From a bacterium (GTDB lineage Bacteria; Patescibacteriota; Minisyncoccia; UBA6257; HR35): a DNA stretch of 64,000 nt. This document shows positions 8,745 through 20,615 of this stretch, in pieces (position 1 is the stretch's first letter; each line of letters begins with the position of its first letter). The stretch is taken from assembly GCA_041640295.1 (NCBI GenBank), contig JBEQAR010000001.1, positions 16,453 through 80,452 on the forward strand, given 5' to 3'. The notes below the pieces were generated by a model that did no database searches, was not told the DNA's origin, and worked only from the letters and a program-made list of their open reading frames with translations. A program made the translations under genes and the position numbers.

Positions 8745-9227
8745 ATGGCAAAAAAAATTAAAAAAGACAAAAATTTACCTGTTCTTCTTTTGGAAGATAT
8801 TCCTCAAGTTGGTAATCAGGGTGAAATTAAAAAAATCAAAAGAGGGTTTGTTGCTTTTTTAATTCGACAAAAAAAAGCAATAGTAGTTAATAAGAATAAT
8901 CTGAAAAAATTAGAAAATTTAAAATTAATTGCAGAAAAAAATAGAGAAGAAAGAATTCATAGATTGAATCAATTAAAAGAAGAAATAGAAAAATTAATTT
9001 TTGAAACTACAATAAGAGTTGGCCCCAATAAAGAAATTTATAATTCTGTTAGTGCAAATGATATTATTAGCTTTCTCAAAAAACACGATATTAATGTAAC
9101 TCGAAATCAAATTGAATTAGAAAAATCAATAAAAACAGTTGGTGAATATTTAATACCAATAAATTTAGGACACGGAATTAAAGCCACTCTTAAAATTATA
9201 GTTAAAGAAGAAAAAGTAAATATTTAA
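8745..9227 (+). CDS. rplI: 50S ribosomal protein L9 with a short N-terminal extension
   Basis: The L9 N-domain pattern VLLLEDIPQVGNQGEIKKIKRGFVAFLIRQKKA is followed by a C-domain that ends in a GHGIKATLKIIV-like segment. Confidence 0.7.
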   Translation: MAKKIKKDKNLPVLLLEDIPQVGNQGEIKKIKRGFVAFLIRQKKAIVVNKNNLKKLENLKLIAEKNREERIHRLNQLKEEIEKLIFETTIRVGPNKEIYNSVSANDIISFLKKHDINVTRNQIELEKSIKTVGEYLIPINLGHGIKATLKIIVKEEKVNI

Positions 9228-9287
9228 AATCTACTTAAATAAGCATACTTTAATTCTGAAAAAATTTATTGTATAATTTTATTTGAA

Positions 9288-11897
9288 ATGTTTTCGTTTA
9301 ATAGATTTACAATTAAGGCGCAAGAGGCTTTACAAAAAGCTCAAGATTTAACTTTAAAATATCATCATTCAGAAATTAAAGGAATACATTTACTTTATGC
9401 CCTGCTTTTGCAGGATGATACTATTGTTAATGATATTTTTAAAGAAATAAAAATTGATAAAAATTATCTTATTCAAATTGTTGAAGAAGAGCTTAATCGG
9501 ATGCCTAAAATTTTTTCTATAACAAATATTGGTCAAATTTATTTAGCCCAAGAAACATTTCAAATTTTGGACCAAGCTTCTTTAATTGCCAGAAAATATA
9601 ATGATGAATTTATTTCTGTTGAACATATTTTTCTTAGTTTAACAGAAATTAGATCGGTAGCTAGATATATTTTAGAAAGATTCGGATTAACGACTGAAAG
9701 AGTGTCAAAAGTTTTAAATCAACTAAAGAAAGGGCAAAAAATAACAGACGAAAGTCCGGAAACAAAATATCGTGCTTTAGAGAAATATAGTGTTAATTTA
9801 ACTGATTTAGCTCGTCAGAAAAAATTAGATCCAATTATTGGTAGAGAAAAAGAAATTAAAAGAATCATAGAAATTCTATCGCGCCGAACGAAAAATAATC
9901 CCATTTTGATTGGTGAACCTGGTGTGGGAAAAACTGCTATTGTCGAAGGTTTAGCTCAAAAAATAGTTAATAATGAAGTGCCATATTCTTTAACTGGTAG
10001 AGAAATTGTTTCACTAGATTTAGGAGCTTTGATTGCCGGTGCTAAATATCGTGGTGAATTCGAAGATAGATTTAAGTCTATCTTAAGAGAAATAAAAAGT
10101 AATCCTGGAAAATTTATTATCTTTATTGATGAAGCGCATACTTTAGTAGGAGCAGGAGCAGCTGAAGGAGCAATTGATGCTTCTAATTTATTAAAACCCT
10201 TTTTAACTAAAGGAGAAATACAATTAATTGGTGCTACTACTCTTAGGGATTATAAATTATATTTTGAAAAAGATCCTGCTTTGGTCAGAAGATTTCAACC
10301 AGTAATTATTGAAGAACCGAAACGAGATGATGCTATTGCTATTTTAAGAGGTCTAAAAGAAAAATACGAAATTCATCATGGAATAAGAATAACCGATAAC
10401 GCAATTATTGCAGCTGTTGATTTATCTATTAGATATATCACTGATAGGTTTTTACCCGATAAAGCTATTGATTTAATTGATGAATCGGCAGCAAGTTTAA
10501 GATTAGAAGCAGAAAGTATGCCTCAAGAATTAGAAAACATCAAAAAGGAAATTAGAAAGTTAGAAATTGAAAGAGAGGCAATTTTAAAGGAGGAAAATTC
10601 TCAAAATAAAATTAAAGCTATAGACAATAAATTGAAAAAAATGAAAAAAGTAGAAGAAAAATTAGAAAATGAATGGAATAAAGAAAAGAAAATAAAAGAT
10701 CGATATAATCAACTTAAGAAAAAATTAGAAGATTTACAAAAAGAAGTTGAAGAACAAGAAGCAGAAGGTAATTTATCTCGAGTGGCAGAAATTATTTATG
10801 GAGAAATTCCAGGAGTCAAGAAGGAAATTTCAGAAATAGAAGAAAATATTAAAAAAAATAAATTGAAATTTATTAAAGAAGAAGTAACAGAAGAAACAGT
10901 AGCTCAGATAGTTTCTCGTTGGACGGGTATTCCGGTTCATAAAATTTTAGAAGATGAAGCCAAAAAACTTTTAAATGCAGAAAAAATTTTAAAACAAAGG
11001 GTAATTGGTCAGGATGAAGCAATATCAGCAGTAGCAAATGCTATTCGCCGAGCAAGAGCTGGGTTATCAGACGAAAAAAGGCCTATTGCTTCATTTATCT
11101 TTCTTGGTCCAACAGGTGTAGGAAAAACAGAAACTGCTCGAGCGTTAGCTGAATTTATGTTCAATGATGAAAAAGCAATGATTAGGTTTGATATGTCAGA
11201 ATATATGGAACCACATTCGGTAGCTAAATTAATTGGTTCACCTCCAGGTTATGTAGGCTATGAAGAAGGTGGACAATTAACTGAAGCTGTAAAAAGAAGG
11301 CCTTATAGTTTGATATTATTTGACGAGATTGAAAAAGCTCATCAAGAAGTTTTTAATATTCTTCTTCAAATTTTAGACGAAGGTCGATTAACAGATAGTA
11401 AGGGCTTCACTGCTAATTTTAGAAATACTATTATTATTATGACTTCAAATATTGGTAGTTATTATTTTAAAAAAATGGGTTCAATTGGTTTTGACAAGGA
11501 AGAAAATAAAGAATTCGAGGATTATCAAAATAAAGCCTTAAGAGCCTTGAAAGAATTTTTCAAACCAGAATTTATAAATAGAATAGATGAAATTATTGTT
11601 TTTAAACCTCTTAATAAAGAACACTTAAAAGAAATTGTTGAAATTCAATTAGAAAGAGTGAAAAATTTATTAATAAAAAGAGGATTAAAAATAGACTTTA
11701 GTGAAGAAATTAAAGATTATTTAATAGAAAAAGGATTTGATCCAGAATATGGTGCTCGACCTCTCCAAAGAGCAATTCAAAGATTTATTTTAAATCCTTT
11801 AGCAGAAAGATTAATACAAAACAAAATTAAACAAGGTCAAAAATTATTTTTAAGGTTAAGGGCAAACAAAGATTTAGAAATTATTTATCCTAAATAA
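9288..11897 (+). CDS. clpB: ATP-dependent chaperone ClpB
   Basis: The 869-aa protein has a Clp N-domain, two AAA+ modules ([15 protein letters not shown] and [15 protein letters not shown]), a long coiled-coil middle domain and C-terminal ClpB motifs. Confidence 0.95.
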   Translation: MFSFNRFTIKAQEALQKAQDLTLKYHHSEIKGIHLLYALLLQDDTIVNDIFKEIKIDKNYLIQIVEEELNRMPKIFSITNIGQIYLAQETFQILDQASLIARKYNDEFISVEHIFLSLTEIRSVARYILERFGLTTERVSKVLNQLKKGQKITDESPETKYRALEKYSVNLTDLARQKKLDPIIGREKEIKRIIEILSRRTKNNPILIGEPGVGKTAIVEGLAQKIVNNEVPYSLTGREIVSLDLGALIAGAKYRGEFEDRFKSILREIKSNPGKFIIFIDEAHTLVGAGAAEGAIDASNLLKPFLTKGEIQLIGATTLRDYKLYFEKDPALVRRFQPVIIEEPKRDDAIAILRGLKEKYEIHHGIRITDNAIIAAVDLSIRYITDRFLPDKAIDLIDESAASLRLEAESMPQELENIKKEIRKLEIEREAILKEENSQNKIKAIDNKLKKMKKVEEKLENEWNKEKKIKDRYNQLKKKLEDLQKEVEEQEAEGNLSRVAEIIYGEIPGVKKEISEIEENIKKNKLKFIKEEVTEETVAQIVSRWTGIPVHKILEDEAKKLLNAEKILKQRVIGQDEAISAVANAIRRARAGLSDEKRPIASFIFLGPTGVGKTETARALAEFMFNDEKAMIRFDMSEYMEPHSVAKLIGSPPGYVGYEEGGQLTEAVKRRPYSLILFDEIEKAHQEVFNILLQILDEGRLTDSKGFTANFRNTIIIMTSNIGSYYFKKMGSIGFDKEENKEFEDYQNKALRALKEFFKPEFINRIDEIIVFKPLNKEHLKEIVEIQLERVKNLLIKRGLKIDFSEEIKDYLIEKGFDPEYGARPLQRAIQRFILNPLAERLIQNKIKQGQKLFLRLRANKDLEIIYPK

Positions 11898-11899
11898 AA

Positions 11900-12079
11900 A
11901 TGTTGAATAGAATTTTAAATTATTTAAAAGAATCTATTACTGAATTAAAAAAAATTAGTTGGTTAAATTGGAAGGAAACTTTAATCTTAACAATCAATAT
12001 TGTTCTTTTTGTTTTTTTATTTGTAATTATTTATTGGTTGTTTGATTTTATTTTACTAAAACTTATTTTTCTTAGATAA
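11900..12079 (+). CDS. secE: SecE-like small membrane protein, interrupted by an apparent frameshift (41 codons then stop; the TM helix continues in the +1 frame)
   Basis: From the ATG at 11900 the frame encodes MLNRILNYLKESITELKKISWLNWKETLILTINMFFLFFYL and a stop at 12023. The SecE-like motif is ELKKISWLNWKE. Shifting +1 at about 11999 yields VLFVFLFVIIYWLFDFILLKLIFLR and a stop at 12077, which restores a normal SecE length and TM helix. Confidence 0.35.
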   Translation: MLNRILNYLKESITELKKISWLNWKETLILTINIVLFVFLFVIIYWLFDFILLKLIFLR

Positions 12080-12096
12080 TTAACTTCAGAAACAAT

Positions 12097-13347
12097 TTAT
12101 AATTTGAAAATATATTTTCTAACTAAATAATAACTTAATAGTAAATTAAGTAACTGAGCGATATAAGTGGTTATTGCTGCGCCATACATACCGTAATAAG
12201 GAATCAGTAAAAAATTTAATAGTAAATTTAAAGACGCGCAAAAAGCGGTGATAAAGAAGTTTTGCCATTGTTTATTATAAATAAATAAAAGATGATCTAA
12301 AATAGAAATAAAAGATATTAATAAAATTATCCAGATTAAAAATTTAAATAGATTGATTGATGGTTCATAATGACCATTACTAAAAAATAAAGTAAAAATA
12401 GGTTCAATTAATATTAAACTAAGTAAGCATATTGAAAAATAAATTAGAAAATTATAAACAACTACTTTATTAATAATTCTTTTAATTTTTCCAACATCTT
12501 CTCTCATTTCTGAAAGATGTGGAAAAAGTGCTGCTAAAAAGAAACCAATAATTAAATGCAAATTAAGAATTAATTTAGTTACTAAAGTATAATAACCAAC
12601 CTCTTGATAGCCCTTTAAATAACCTAAAATTATTTGATCGGTAGTAAAAAATATAAAACCTAAAACACCAAAAAACATTATTGGTGTTCCATTAATTAAA
12701 AAATATTTTGCTCTATTCAATTGAAATTTAAAATTTTCTAAATTAATTATCTTTTTGAAAATTAATAACGCGTAAAAGAAAGAAATTGTAATTCCAATTA
12801 AGTAAGCAACAGATAAAAAGATAGGTTTGTTAATTTCTCTTAAGAAAAAAATTACCAAAATTAAAATTAAAAAAGATTCAATTAATGTTGAAATACCTTC
12901 GTATTCCATTCTTTTTAATGCTTGAAAGATTGTGTGGAGCATGTATTTCACCTGAGAAATTAAAGAAAAAATAAAAATAATTAAAAACATTAATCTTGAT
13001 TGATAATCTTTAAAAATTAAAAAGCCTAAAAATATTAAAAGAGAAGTTAAAGCTAAAATAATTAATCTAAAAGTAATAAAATTTTCTATTAACTCCTTTT
13101 TATTTTCTTCTTTTTGATAATCTCTAACTGTTAAATAACCACTACCCCAATCAGCAAAAATAAAAAAAGAACCAACAATAGCTAAAACATAAGAAAAATG
13201 TCCATAACCTTGAGGACCAAGATATTTAGCTGAAGTTATAATAATTAATAATTTAAATATTTTAGAAAAAAAATTACTGAAATATAACCAAAAAGTGTTT
13301 TTTAAAACGGTTTGTTTAGGGTTAAGATTTTCGAATAAAATCTTCAT
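12097..13347 (-). CDS. MOP-superfamily polysaccharide/lipid-linked oligosaccharide flippase (Wzx/PST-like)
   Basis: The 416-aa polytopic membrane protein has about 12 TM segments and the N-terminal pattern NTFWLYFSNFFSKIFKLLIIITSAKYLGPQGYGHF, typical of the PST family. Confidence 0.65.
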   Translation of the reverse strand: MKILFENLNPKQTVLKNTFWLYFSNFFSKIFKLLIIITSAKYLGPQGYGHFSYVLAIVGSFFIFADWGSGYLTVRDYQKEENKKELIENFITFRLIILALTSLLIFLGFLIFKDYQSRLMFLIIFIFSLISQVKYMLHTIFQALKRMEYEGISTLIESFLILILVIFFLREINKPIFLSVAYLIGITISFFYALLIFKKIINLENFKFQLNRAKYFLINGTPIMFFGVLGFIFFTTDQIILGYLKGYQEVGYYTLVTKLILNLHLIIGFFLAALFPHLSEMREDVGKIKRIINKVVVYNFLIYFSICLLSLILIEPIFTLFFSNGHYEPSINLFKFLIWIILLISFISILDHLLFIYNKQWQNFFITAFCASLNLLLNFLLIPYYGMYGAAITTYIAQLLNLLLSYYLVRKYIFKL

Positions 13348-13349
13348 AA

Positions 13350-14258
13350 TTACAAAATTTTAAATGAATTATATTGCTTAATTATTCTTCGCCAAATGAT
13401 TGTCATTTTATCTACTTTAGCTAAGATAGGTCCTTTTTTCAAATTACCAATAAAATCATCAAGTTTATTCAAATAACCTTGAGCAATTATTTTTACTCTT
13501 CCATCTAATAAATTTTGAGCATAACCAGTAATATTTAATTTTTTAGCAGATTGATAACAAAAATAACGGTAACCTACTCCCTGAACCCTTCCCTTAACAT
13601 ATATTTTAACTTCTAAAATTTTTTTTTCTATATCCTTGAAAGTTAATGCTTGTTTAAGGTCAAAATTGTTAATCTTTTCTCTAATTAAATTCCACAAAAC
13701 TCCACCGCAAGAAAGTTCTTCTCCTAAATCATTAGCAAAACTTCTTACATAAAAACCAGAACTAACTGTTAATCTAATTTTTAATAAATTATCATAAAAA
13801 TCGACAATTTGATAATCATAAAGATTAACTTCTTTAGGTGTTAAAGTAAAATCAATCCCCCGCCGAACTAATTTATAGGCTGGTTGACCTTTAATTTTGA
13901 TTGCTGAATATTTAGGCGGTATTTGTTTAATTTTTCCTTGAAATTTTTTTAATTTTTCTTTAATTTTTTCTAAATCAATTTGACAATTTCCTTTTTTAAT
14001 CAATTTTCCTTCTCGATCATAAGTTTCAGAAACATAACCGAATTTAATTTCTGCTAAATAAGTTTTTTTTGTTTTTGTCAAAAAATAACGAAGATATTTT
14101 GTACCAGTACCAATTCCAATAATTAATAAACCCTGAGCCAATTTATCTAAAGTCCCACCATGGCCTATTTTTTTCTCTTTTGTTATTTGTTTAAAATAAT
14201 CTAAAACCTGCTGAGAAGTATATCCTGATGGTTTATTAAACAACACAATTCCTTCCAT
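13350..14258 (-). CDS. truB: tRNA pseudouridine(55) synthase TruB fused to a C-terminal acylphosphatase-like domain
   Basis: Residues 1 to about 210 carry TruB motifs (GYTSQQV and the catalytic HGGTLD). Residues from about 218 to 302 carry both acylphosphatase signatures, VKGRVQGVGYR and GYAQNLLDGRVKIIAQG. Confidence 0.85.
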   Translation of the reverse strand: MEGIVLFNKPSGYTSQQVLDYFKQITKEKKIGHGGTLDKLAQGLLIIGIGTGTKYLRYFLTKTKKTYLAEIKFGYVSETYDREGKLIKKGNCQIDLEKIKEKLKKFQGKIKQIPPKYSAIKIKGQPAYKLVRRGIDFTLTPKEVNLYDYQIVDFYDNLLKIRLTVSSGFYVRSFANDLGEELSCGGVLWNLIREKINNFDLKQALTFKDIEKKILEVKIYVKGRVQGVGYRYFCYQSAKKLNITGYAQNLLDGRVKIIAQGYLNKLDDFIGNLKKGPILAKVDKMTIIWRRIIKQYNSFKIL

Positions 14259-14259
14259 T

Positions 14260-15246
14260 TTATTCTAAATTATTCAAAATATATTTAACAATTTTTTTTA
14301 CTGATAATTCACTAATAAAACCAGCAGAATACTTATGTCCACCGCCACCCAGTTTTTTAGCTATTTGACCAACATTAATTTTTTCTGATCTTAAACTACC
14401 GTAAATTTTATTTTTTTTCTTAACTAATAAAGCAATAGTTTCTATATCAGTAATTAATCTTAAGTATTCTAAAAATGAACCTAATCTTTTTATTCTTTTG
14501 TTTTTTTCTAAATAGATTAACATAAATCTTTTTTTATAATATATTTTTATTTTATCAATTAAAAATATTAACTTTTTAAACTCTGAAAATTTAAAACCAT
14601 AAATTTTCTTAATAATAGCGAACAAATCAATTTTTTCATCATATAACTTTTCTAAAATCTTGAATGTTTCTTTATTTTTAATATAACGTAAACCAACTGT
14701 ATCACCAATTATTCCTGTGAGAATATTAAGTTTAAATTTGGAAGTTAATTTAAAATTAAAAAATTCAGCTAATTTAAAAATAATAACAGAACAAGAGTCA
14801 GCATTTTCTTCTAAATAGTAAACGCTCTCTTTAATAGAAAATGAGGCATGATGATCAATAATAAAAACTTTGTTATAATCAATAAATTTTTTTTCTAAAC
14901 CTAATCTTTCTTCATCAGTAGTTTCAATACCAATAATTAAATCGATTTCATTAGGTGATTCATTGATCTTGTTTTGAATTAATTTTAAATCATCGTTAAT
15001 ATTTTTTAGAATATCTTTTTCGTAAAAATAATCTTTATTAAATAAAATAATTGTTTTCGTAGGATAATTTTTCTTAAGAAGATAATATAAGGCTAATTGA
15101 GAAAATAAACAATCAGGGTCAGGTTTACGATGAGAAACGATTAAAATTTTTGATGAGTTTTCTAATTTACTTTTTAACTTTTTACAAAATTTATTTAAAT
15201 TATCAATTTTCATGTTGATGGAGCTGGTAAATAAAGTTTTCTCCAT
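14260..15246 (-). CDS. nrnA: DHH-family phosphoesterase, NrnA-like oligoribonuclease / pAp phosphatase
   Basis: DHH motifs are present (SHRKPDPD, IDHH and a DHHA1 GGGH). Confidence 0.8.
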   Translation of the reverse strand: MEKTLFTSSINMKIDNLNKFCKKLKSKLENSSKILIVSHRKPDPDCLFSQLALYYLLKKNYPTKTIILFNKDYFYEKDILKNINDDLKLIQNKINESPNEIDLIIGIETTDEERLGLEKKFIDYNKVFIIDHHASFSIKESVYYLEENADSCSVIIFKLAEFFNFKLTSKFKLNILTGIIGDTVGLRYIKNKETFKILEKLYDEKIDLFAIIKKIYGFKFSEFKKLIFLIDKIKIYYKKRFMLIYLEKNKRIKRLGSFLEYLRLITDIETIALLVKKKNKIYGSLRSEKINVGQIAKKLGGGGHKYSAGFISELSVKKIVKYILNNLE

Positions 15247-15904
15247 ATAACTTTTTCAAATTTTCTTCATTTAATTCTTTTTTTACTTCTCCATAACATA
15301 AAGGACGAACGTTCAAACATAAAACTTTTTTAGCGAAACTGTAAACAATATTAATTTCATGTGTTACAAAAATTATAGTAATTTTATGGACTTCATTTAG
15401 ATAAAGAATAAGTTCATAAATTTTCTTTTCACCCTCGATATCAATTCCTGATGTTGGCTCATCCATTAAAATTAACTTAGGTTTTTTAAATAAAGATTTA
15501 GCAATTAATGTTCGTTGAATTTGACCACCAGATAATTCGCCTAATTTTTTATCTAAAATAGTTGAGATGCCAATTTCTTTAATTATTTGATCATTAAAAT
15601 CAATACTATTATTGTTTATTGTTAAAAATTCTCTCACGGTTAAGGGGAAATTTTTATCAAAATCAAATTTTTGAGGTATATAGGCTATCTCTGATAATTT
15701 ATTTTTTATTGAACTCCCAGCATAAATAATTTCACCCTGGTAATCAATTAATCCCAAAATACATCTTAGAAGAGTAGTTTTTCCTGCACCGTTGGGTCCA
15801 ATGATAGCTAAAATATCTCCTTCCTTTAATTTAAAATTTATATTATTTAAAATAATTTGATTATTAAACTTAACAGTTAAATTTTTTACTTCTAAAATAT
15901 TCAT
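15203..15904 (-). CDS. znuC: Metal (Zn/Mn-type) ABC transporter ATP-binding protein
   Basis: The protein has Walker A GPNGAGKTTLL, the ABC signature LSGGQIQR and Walker B ILMDEP. It overlaps nrnA by 44 nt and znuA by 4 nt. Confidence 0.8.
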   Translation of the reverse strand: MNILEVKNLTVKFNNQIILNNINFKLKEGDILAIIGPNGAGKTTLLRCILGLIDYQGEIIYAGSSIKNKLSEIAYIPQKFDFDKNFPLTVREFLTINNNSIDFNDQIIKEIGISTILDKKLGELSGGQIQRTLIAKSLFKKPKLILMDEPTSGIDIEGEKKIYELILYLNEVHKITIIFVTHEINIVYSFAKKVLCLNVRPLCYGEVKKELNEENLKKLYGENFIYQLHQHEN

Positions 15905-16788
15905 TTTAATGCTTCTTGGATAGTTTCAATATTATTTTTCATTAGTTGATAATAACTTTCATTCTCTTTAATTACTTCAACTGGATTAAGGGAAAATATT
16001 TTTAAATTATAAATATTAGCAATTTGGCTTACTAAATTAGTTACAAAACCGCTTTCAACAAAAATTATCTCAATTTTTTCATTTTTAATCAATTTACCCA
16101 GATTCAAAATATCTTGTGGTAATAAATCCTTTAATTCATCATTATAAATAGTTGCTCCGATCTTAATGTTATAATCTTTAAAAAGATAATTAAAAGCTGG
16201 ATGAGTAATAATTACTGTTTTTTTATCAAGATTAGTTAATTTATTTTTAGCTAATTCTTCTAACTCATTCAATTTTGTTAAGTAATCATTAGTCTTTTTA
16301 TTATAATAAAAAGAATTTTTTTTATCCAAACTATTCAAAATATTATTCAAATTCTTTATTATAATTTTTGCATTTTTGATTGATAACCAATAGTGAGGAT
16401 TAATAATATTATTTTCTTGAAAAAGTTCAACACCTTTATTTAATTCGTAAATTTTAATTTGAGGATTGTTTATATATTTATTTATCCAATCATCAAGTCC
16501 GTATCCAATTTTTAAAACAATATCAGCTGAATTAAGTTTAGAAATATCTTGTGGTAATAAATCAACATTATGAATATGACCACCTTGAGAAATAAATGAC
16601 AAATTTAAAAGCTCAACTTTGTCACCTCCAATATTTTTCACAAAATCATAAAAAGTTCCATTAGTAACAACAATTCTCAATTTATTCTTTTCTTTATTCA
16701 AAGAAGAGAAGTTAAGAAAACTAAATATGAATAACAACAAAGAAATAACTATAAAAAAAATTACCAATTTATTTTCTAACTTTAACAT
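15901..16788 (-). CDS. znuA: Metal ABC transporter substrate-binding protein, ZnuA/TroA family
   Basis: An N-terminal signal/TM is followed by a TroA-like two-lobed SBP with conserved His residues (GGHIHN). Confidence 0.7.
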   Translation of the reverse strand: MLKLENKLVIFFIVISLLLFIFSFLNFSSLNKEKNKLRIVVTNGTFYDFVKNIGGDKVELLNLSFISQGGHIHNVDLLPQDISKLNSADIVLKIGYGLDDWINKYINNPQIKIYELNKGVELFQENNIINPHYWLSIKNAKIIIKNLNNILNSLDKKNSFYYNKKTNDYLTKLNELEELAKNKLTNLDKKTVIITHPAFNYLFKDYNIKIGATIYNDELKDLLPQDILNLGKLIKNEKIEIIFVESGFVTNLVSQIANIYNLKIFSLNPVEVIKENESYYQLMKNNIETIQEALK

Positions 16789-16905
16789 TAATTTAATAAT
16801 AATAAAATAAAATTTTTTAATTAATACTAAATTTTATTAAAATCACTTTATATTATAATTTGCTAATAATATTATAATAGCAAGATTAAAAATTAACTAA
16901 TAGTT

Positions 16906-18543
<1,638 letters not shown>

Positions 18544-18586
18544 TTAAAAATATAAAAATCCATAACCCACAATTTGGAGTTATGGA

Positions 18587-18880
18587 TTAATCTTCTAAAA
18601 TTGCCATTACATCATCTTCTCTAATGAAATAATACTCTTTATCATCTATTTTAATTTCATCTGGTGCATATTTTTTAAATAAAATAGTTTGACCTTCTTT
18701 AATGTTAATAGGAATTCTTTCACCTTTTTCATTTAATCTCCCTGGACCAACAGCAATTACTTTACCTCTGATTGTTCTTTCTTCTCTGGCTGTTTCCGGA
18801 ATAATAATCCCTCCCTTAGTAACCTCTTCGGGTTTTATTGGTTCAACTAAAATATAATCATTAATTGGTTTTATCTTCAT
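18587..18880 (-). CDS. groS: Co-chaperonin GroES; start placed at the internal Met of the longer ORF
   Basis: From MKIKPINDYILVEP onward this is a canonical 97-aa GroES, immediately upstream of groEL. The 12-codon N-terminal extension in the ORF track is probably not translated. Confidence 0.9.
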   Translation of the reverse strand: MKIKPINDYILVEPIKPEEVTKGGIIIPETAREERTIRGKVIAVGPGRLNEKGERIPINIKEGQTILFKKYAPDEIKIDDKEYYFIREDDVMAILED

Positions 18881-18925
18881 TATTTTAATTTTGAGGGAAA
18901 TTGAACAAAATGCCAATTCCCCTCT

Positions 18926-18944
18926 TTATCACCCTCAGTGATAA
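18926..18944. promoter_or_regulatory. Inverted repeat TTATCAC-N5-GTGATAA in the groES leader; candidate operator. It is not a canonical CIRCE element.
   Basis: A perfect 7-bp inverted repeat lies 46-64 nt upstream of the groES ATG at 18880. Confidence 0.3.
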
Positions 18945-19063
18945 GATGACAAATCCTGTTGAAGATAAATATTATAATAAAAACAAAATGAAATTTCAAC
19001 CCCTATCTAATTTATTTATAGAGATATTATTCTATTTAAATTTAAAGAGAAAAATTCTTAAAA

Positions 19064-20515
19064 TTAATCTAAATCTGGTAAGAGAAAGCGTAGAATTCTT
19101 TCTAAATTTAAATTATTTTTAATAGAAATAACTAATTCGCTTGTGGTAGAAATATTAACATTTCTCAATCTTAAGCTAAAAGTTTGATTTCTTAAATTAA
19201 CTGGTATATTCTCACCGCTAAGTGTTGCCCTAACATCAAAGGGGGGATTATCATCTATGATTTTACCACTAATATCGATTAATAAATAAGTACCTGTTGC
19301 TTGACTTGAAAGAAAATTAGCTCGTAAATTAGAAACAGCTGGCAAAGTAGAAGCTAAGGTAGTAAAGGACCTAATGGTTGAAGTAGTTGTTAAACCAGCT
19401 TCATTCACTAAAGCAACATAAAAATTATATCCAGTATTAGGAGAAAGACCGGTAAGATTATGTTGAGCACAATCATAGCGAATAGTATTAACTAAACAAA
19501 CCTTGTTTACTTCACTAGTATTTGTTTGGTTTAGATTAGTTCCTGTACCATAATTAATAGTTGATCTTGTACCAATTTCTCTTCTTAAATCTCTAATTTT
19601 ACTTGTTAATACCCAAATCTCAGCTCTATTTGCAGAAACTCTTTTGATTACCACATCATTTAAAACTGGGTTATTAAAATTATATCCAGGAGTATTAAAA
19701 GTAATTCTTGTTGAAGCTTCAGCATTTTCTAAATCTCTAATTCTTAAACTAAGGGTTAATCTTTGTTGAGGAGGAATATTAGTTAAACTTGCAGGAACAA
19801 CAAATGATGTTTGTTGACCATCAGTGGTAGATGAATATTCAAAAAATACTTGATTTGAAGTTCTACCGGTAATTTTAAGACTTAATAGATTCAATGGTTC
19901 GTCGACATCAATACTTATTAATAATTCCCTTCTATTTAAATCGTAATCAAAATTAACTCTATTAACTACCGGAGGTTGATTGATTCTTTCAATAATTAAT
20001 TTAACACCTCGACCACAATTATAACCTCTACCTAAAATTTGTCTTGGTGAAATATAAATATAATTTGAACTATCTTGGAATCTAAAAGTTTTTGATGTCA
20101 GTAAAGTATTATCCAAAACTCTTCTTAAAGTTATTTTCACTTTATCTTTTTGATATAAAAAACCAAACGAAGTAGAGGCATTATAATTGTAACTGGTTAT
20201 TAATTTAGCAAAATTATTAATTGAAGTATGATCTCTAAGTGCTCTTTCTAAATTTCTTCTCGCAGAAGAATTGGATTGAATATTAATAGGATTATCACCT
20301 TCATTACGGGTATCATTTCGATAAGAGTTAGCAATGTGAATTTTATTATCATTAGTAAAAGATGTTAAATACAAACTCCGCGTATTGTTTACAGAATAAT
20401 AAATTAAGTTAATAGATTCATCGGTACAAAAATAAGCCTCAGTAGATGTTGATTGAGCAAAGGTAAAAACAGGTATGAAAAGAAGGTTTAATAAAATAAG
20501 AAAAGAAAATTTCAT
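19064..20515 (-). CDS. Hypothetical secreted protein
   Basis: The 483-aa product has a signal peptide (MKFSFLILLNLLFIPVFTFA-QS) and an N/T/S-rich, beta-rich composition. No catalytic motifs are recognised. Confidence 0.45.
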   Translation of the reverse strand: MKFSFLILLNLLFIPVFTFAQSTSTEAYFCTDESINLIYYSVNNTRSLYLTSFTNDNKIHIANSYRNDTRNEGDNPINIQSNSSARRNLERALRDHTSINNFAKLITSYNYNASTSFGFLYQKDKVKITLRRVLDNTLLTSKTFRFQDSSNYIYISPRQILGRGYNCGRGVKLIIERINQPPVVNRVNFDYDLNRRELLISIDVDEPLNLLSLKITGRTSNQVFFEYSSTTDGQQTSFVVPASLTNIPPQQRLTLSLRIRDLENAEASTRITFNTPGYNFNNPVLNDVVIKRVSANRAEIWVLTSKIRDLRREIGTRSTINYGTGTNLNQTNTSEVNKVCLVNTIRYDCAQHNLTGLSPNTGYNFYVALVNEAGLTTTSTIRSFTTLASTLPAVSNLRANFLSSQATGTYLLIDISGKIIDDNPPFDVRATLSGENIPVNLRNQTFSLRLRNVNISTTSELVISIKNNLNLERILRFLLPDLD

Positions 20516-20615
20516 TGAATAAAATTTAATTAATGATCGACTTAAAAATTTAACTTTTTACTCTTTTTATAATTTTATAATAAGATAAACTGGTAATCAA
20601 TCATTAGTTAGCAAA

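Noticed and set aside
16789-16905. CIRCE/HrcA operator upstream of groEL/groES and clpB
   Set aside because: No TTAGCACTC-N9-GAGTGCTAA match was found. Only the unrelated inverted repeat at 18926..18944 is present.
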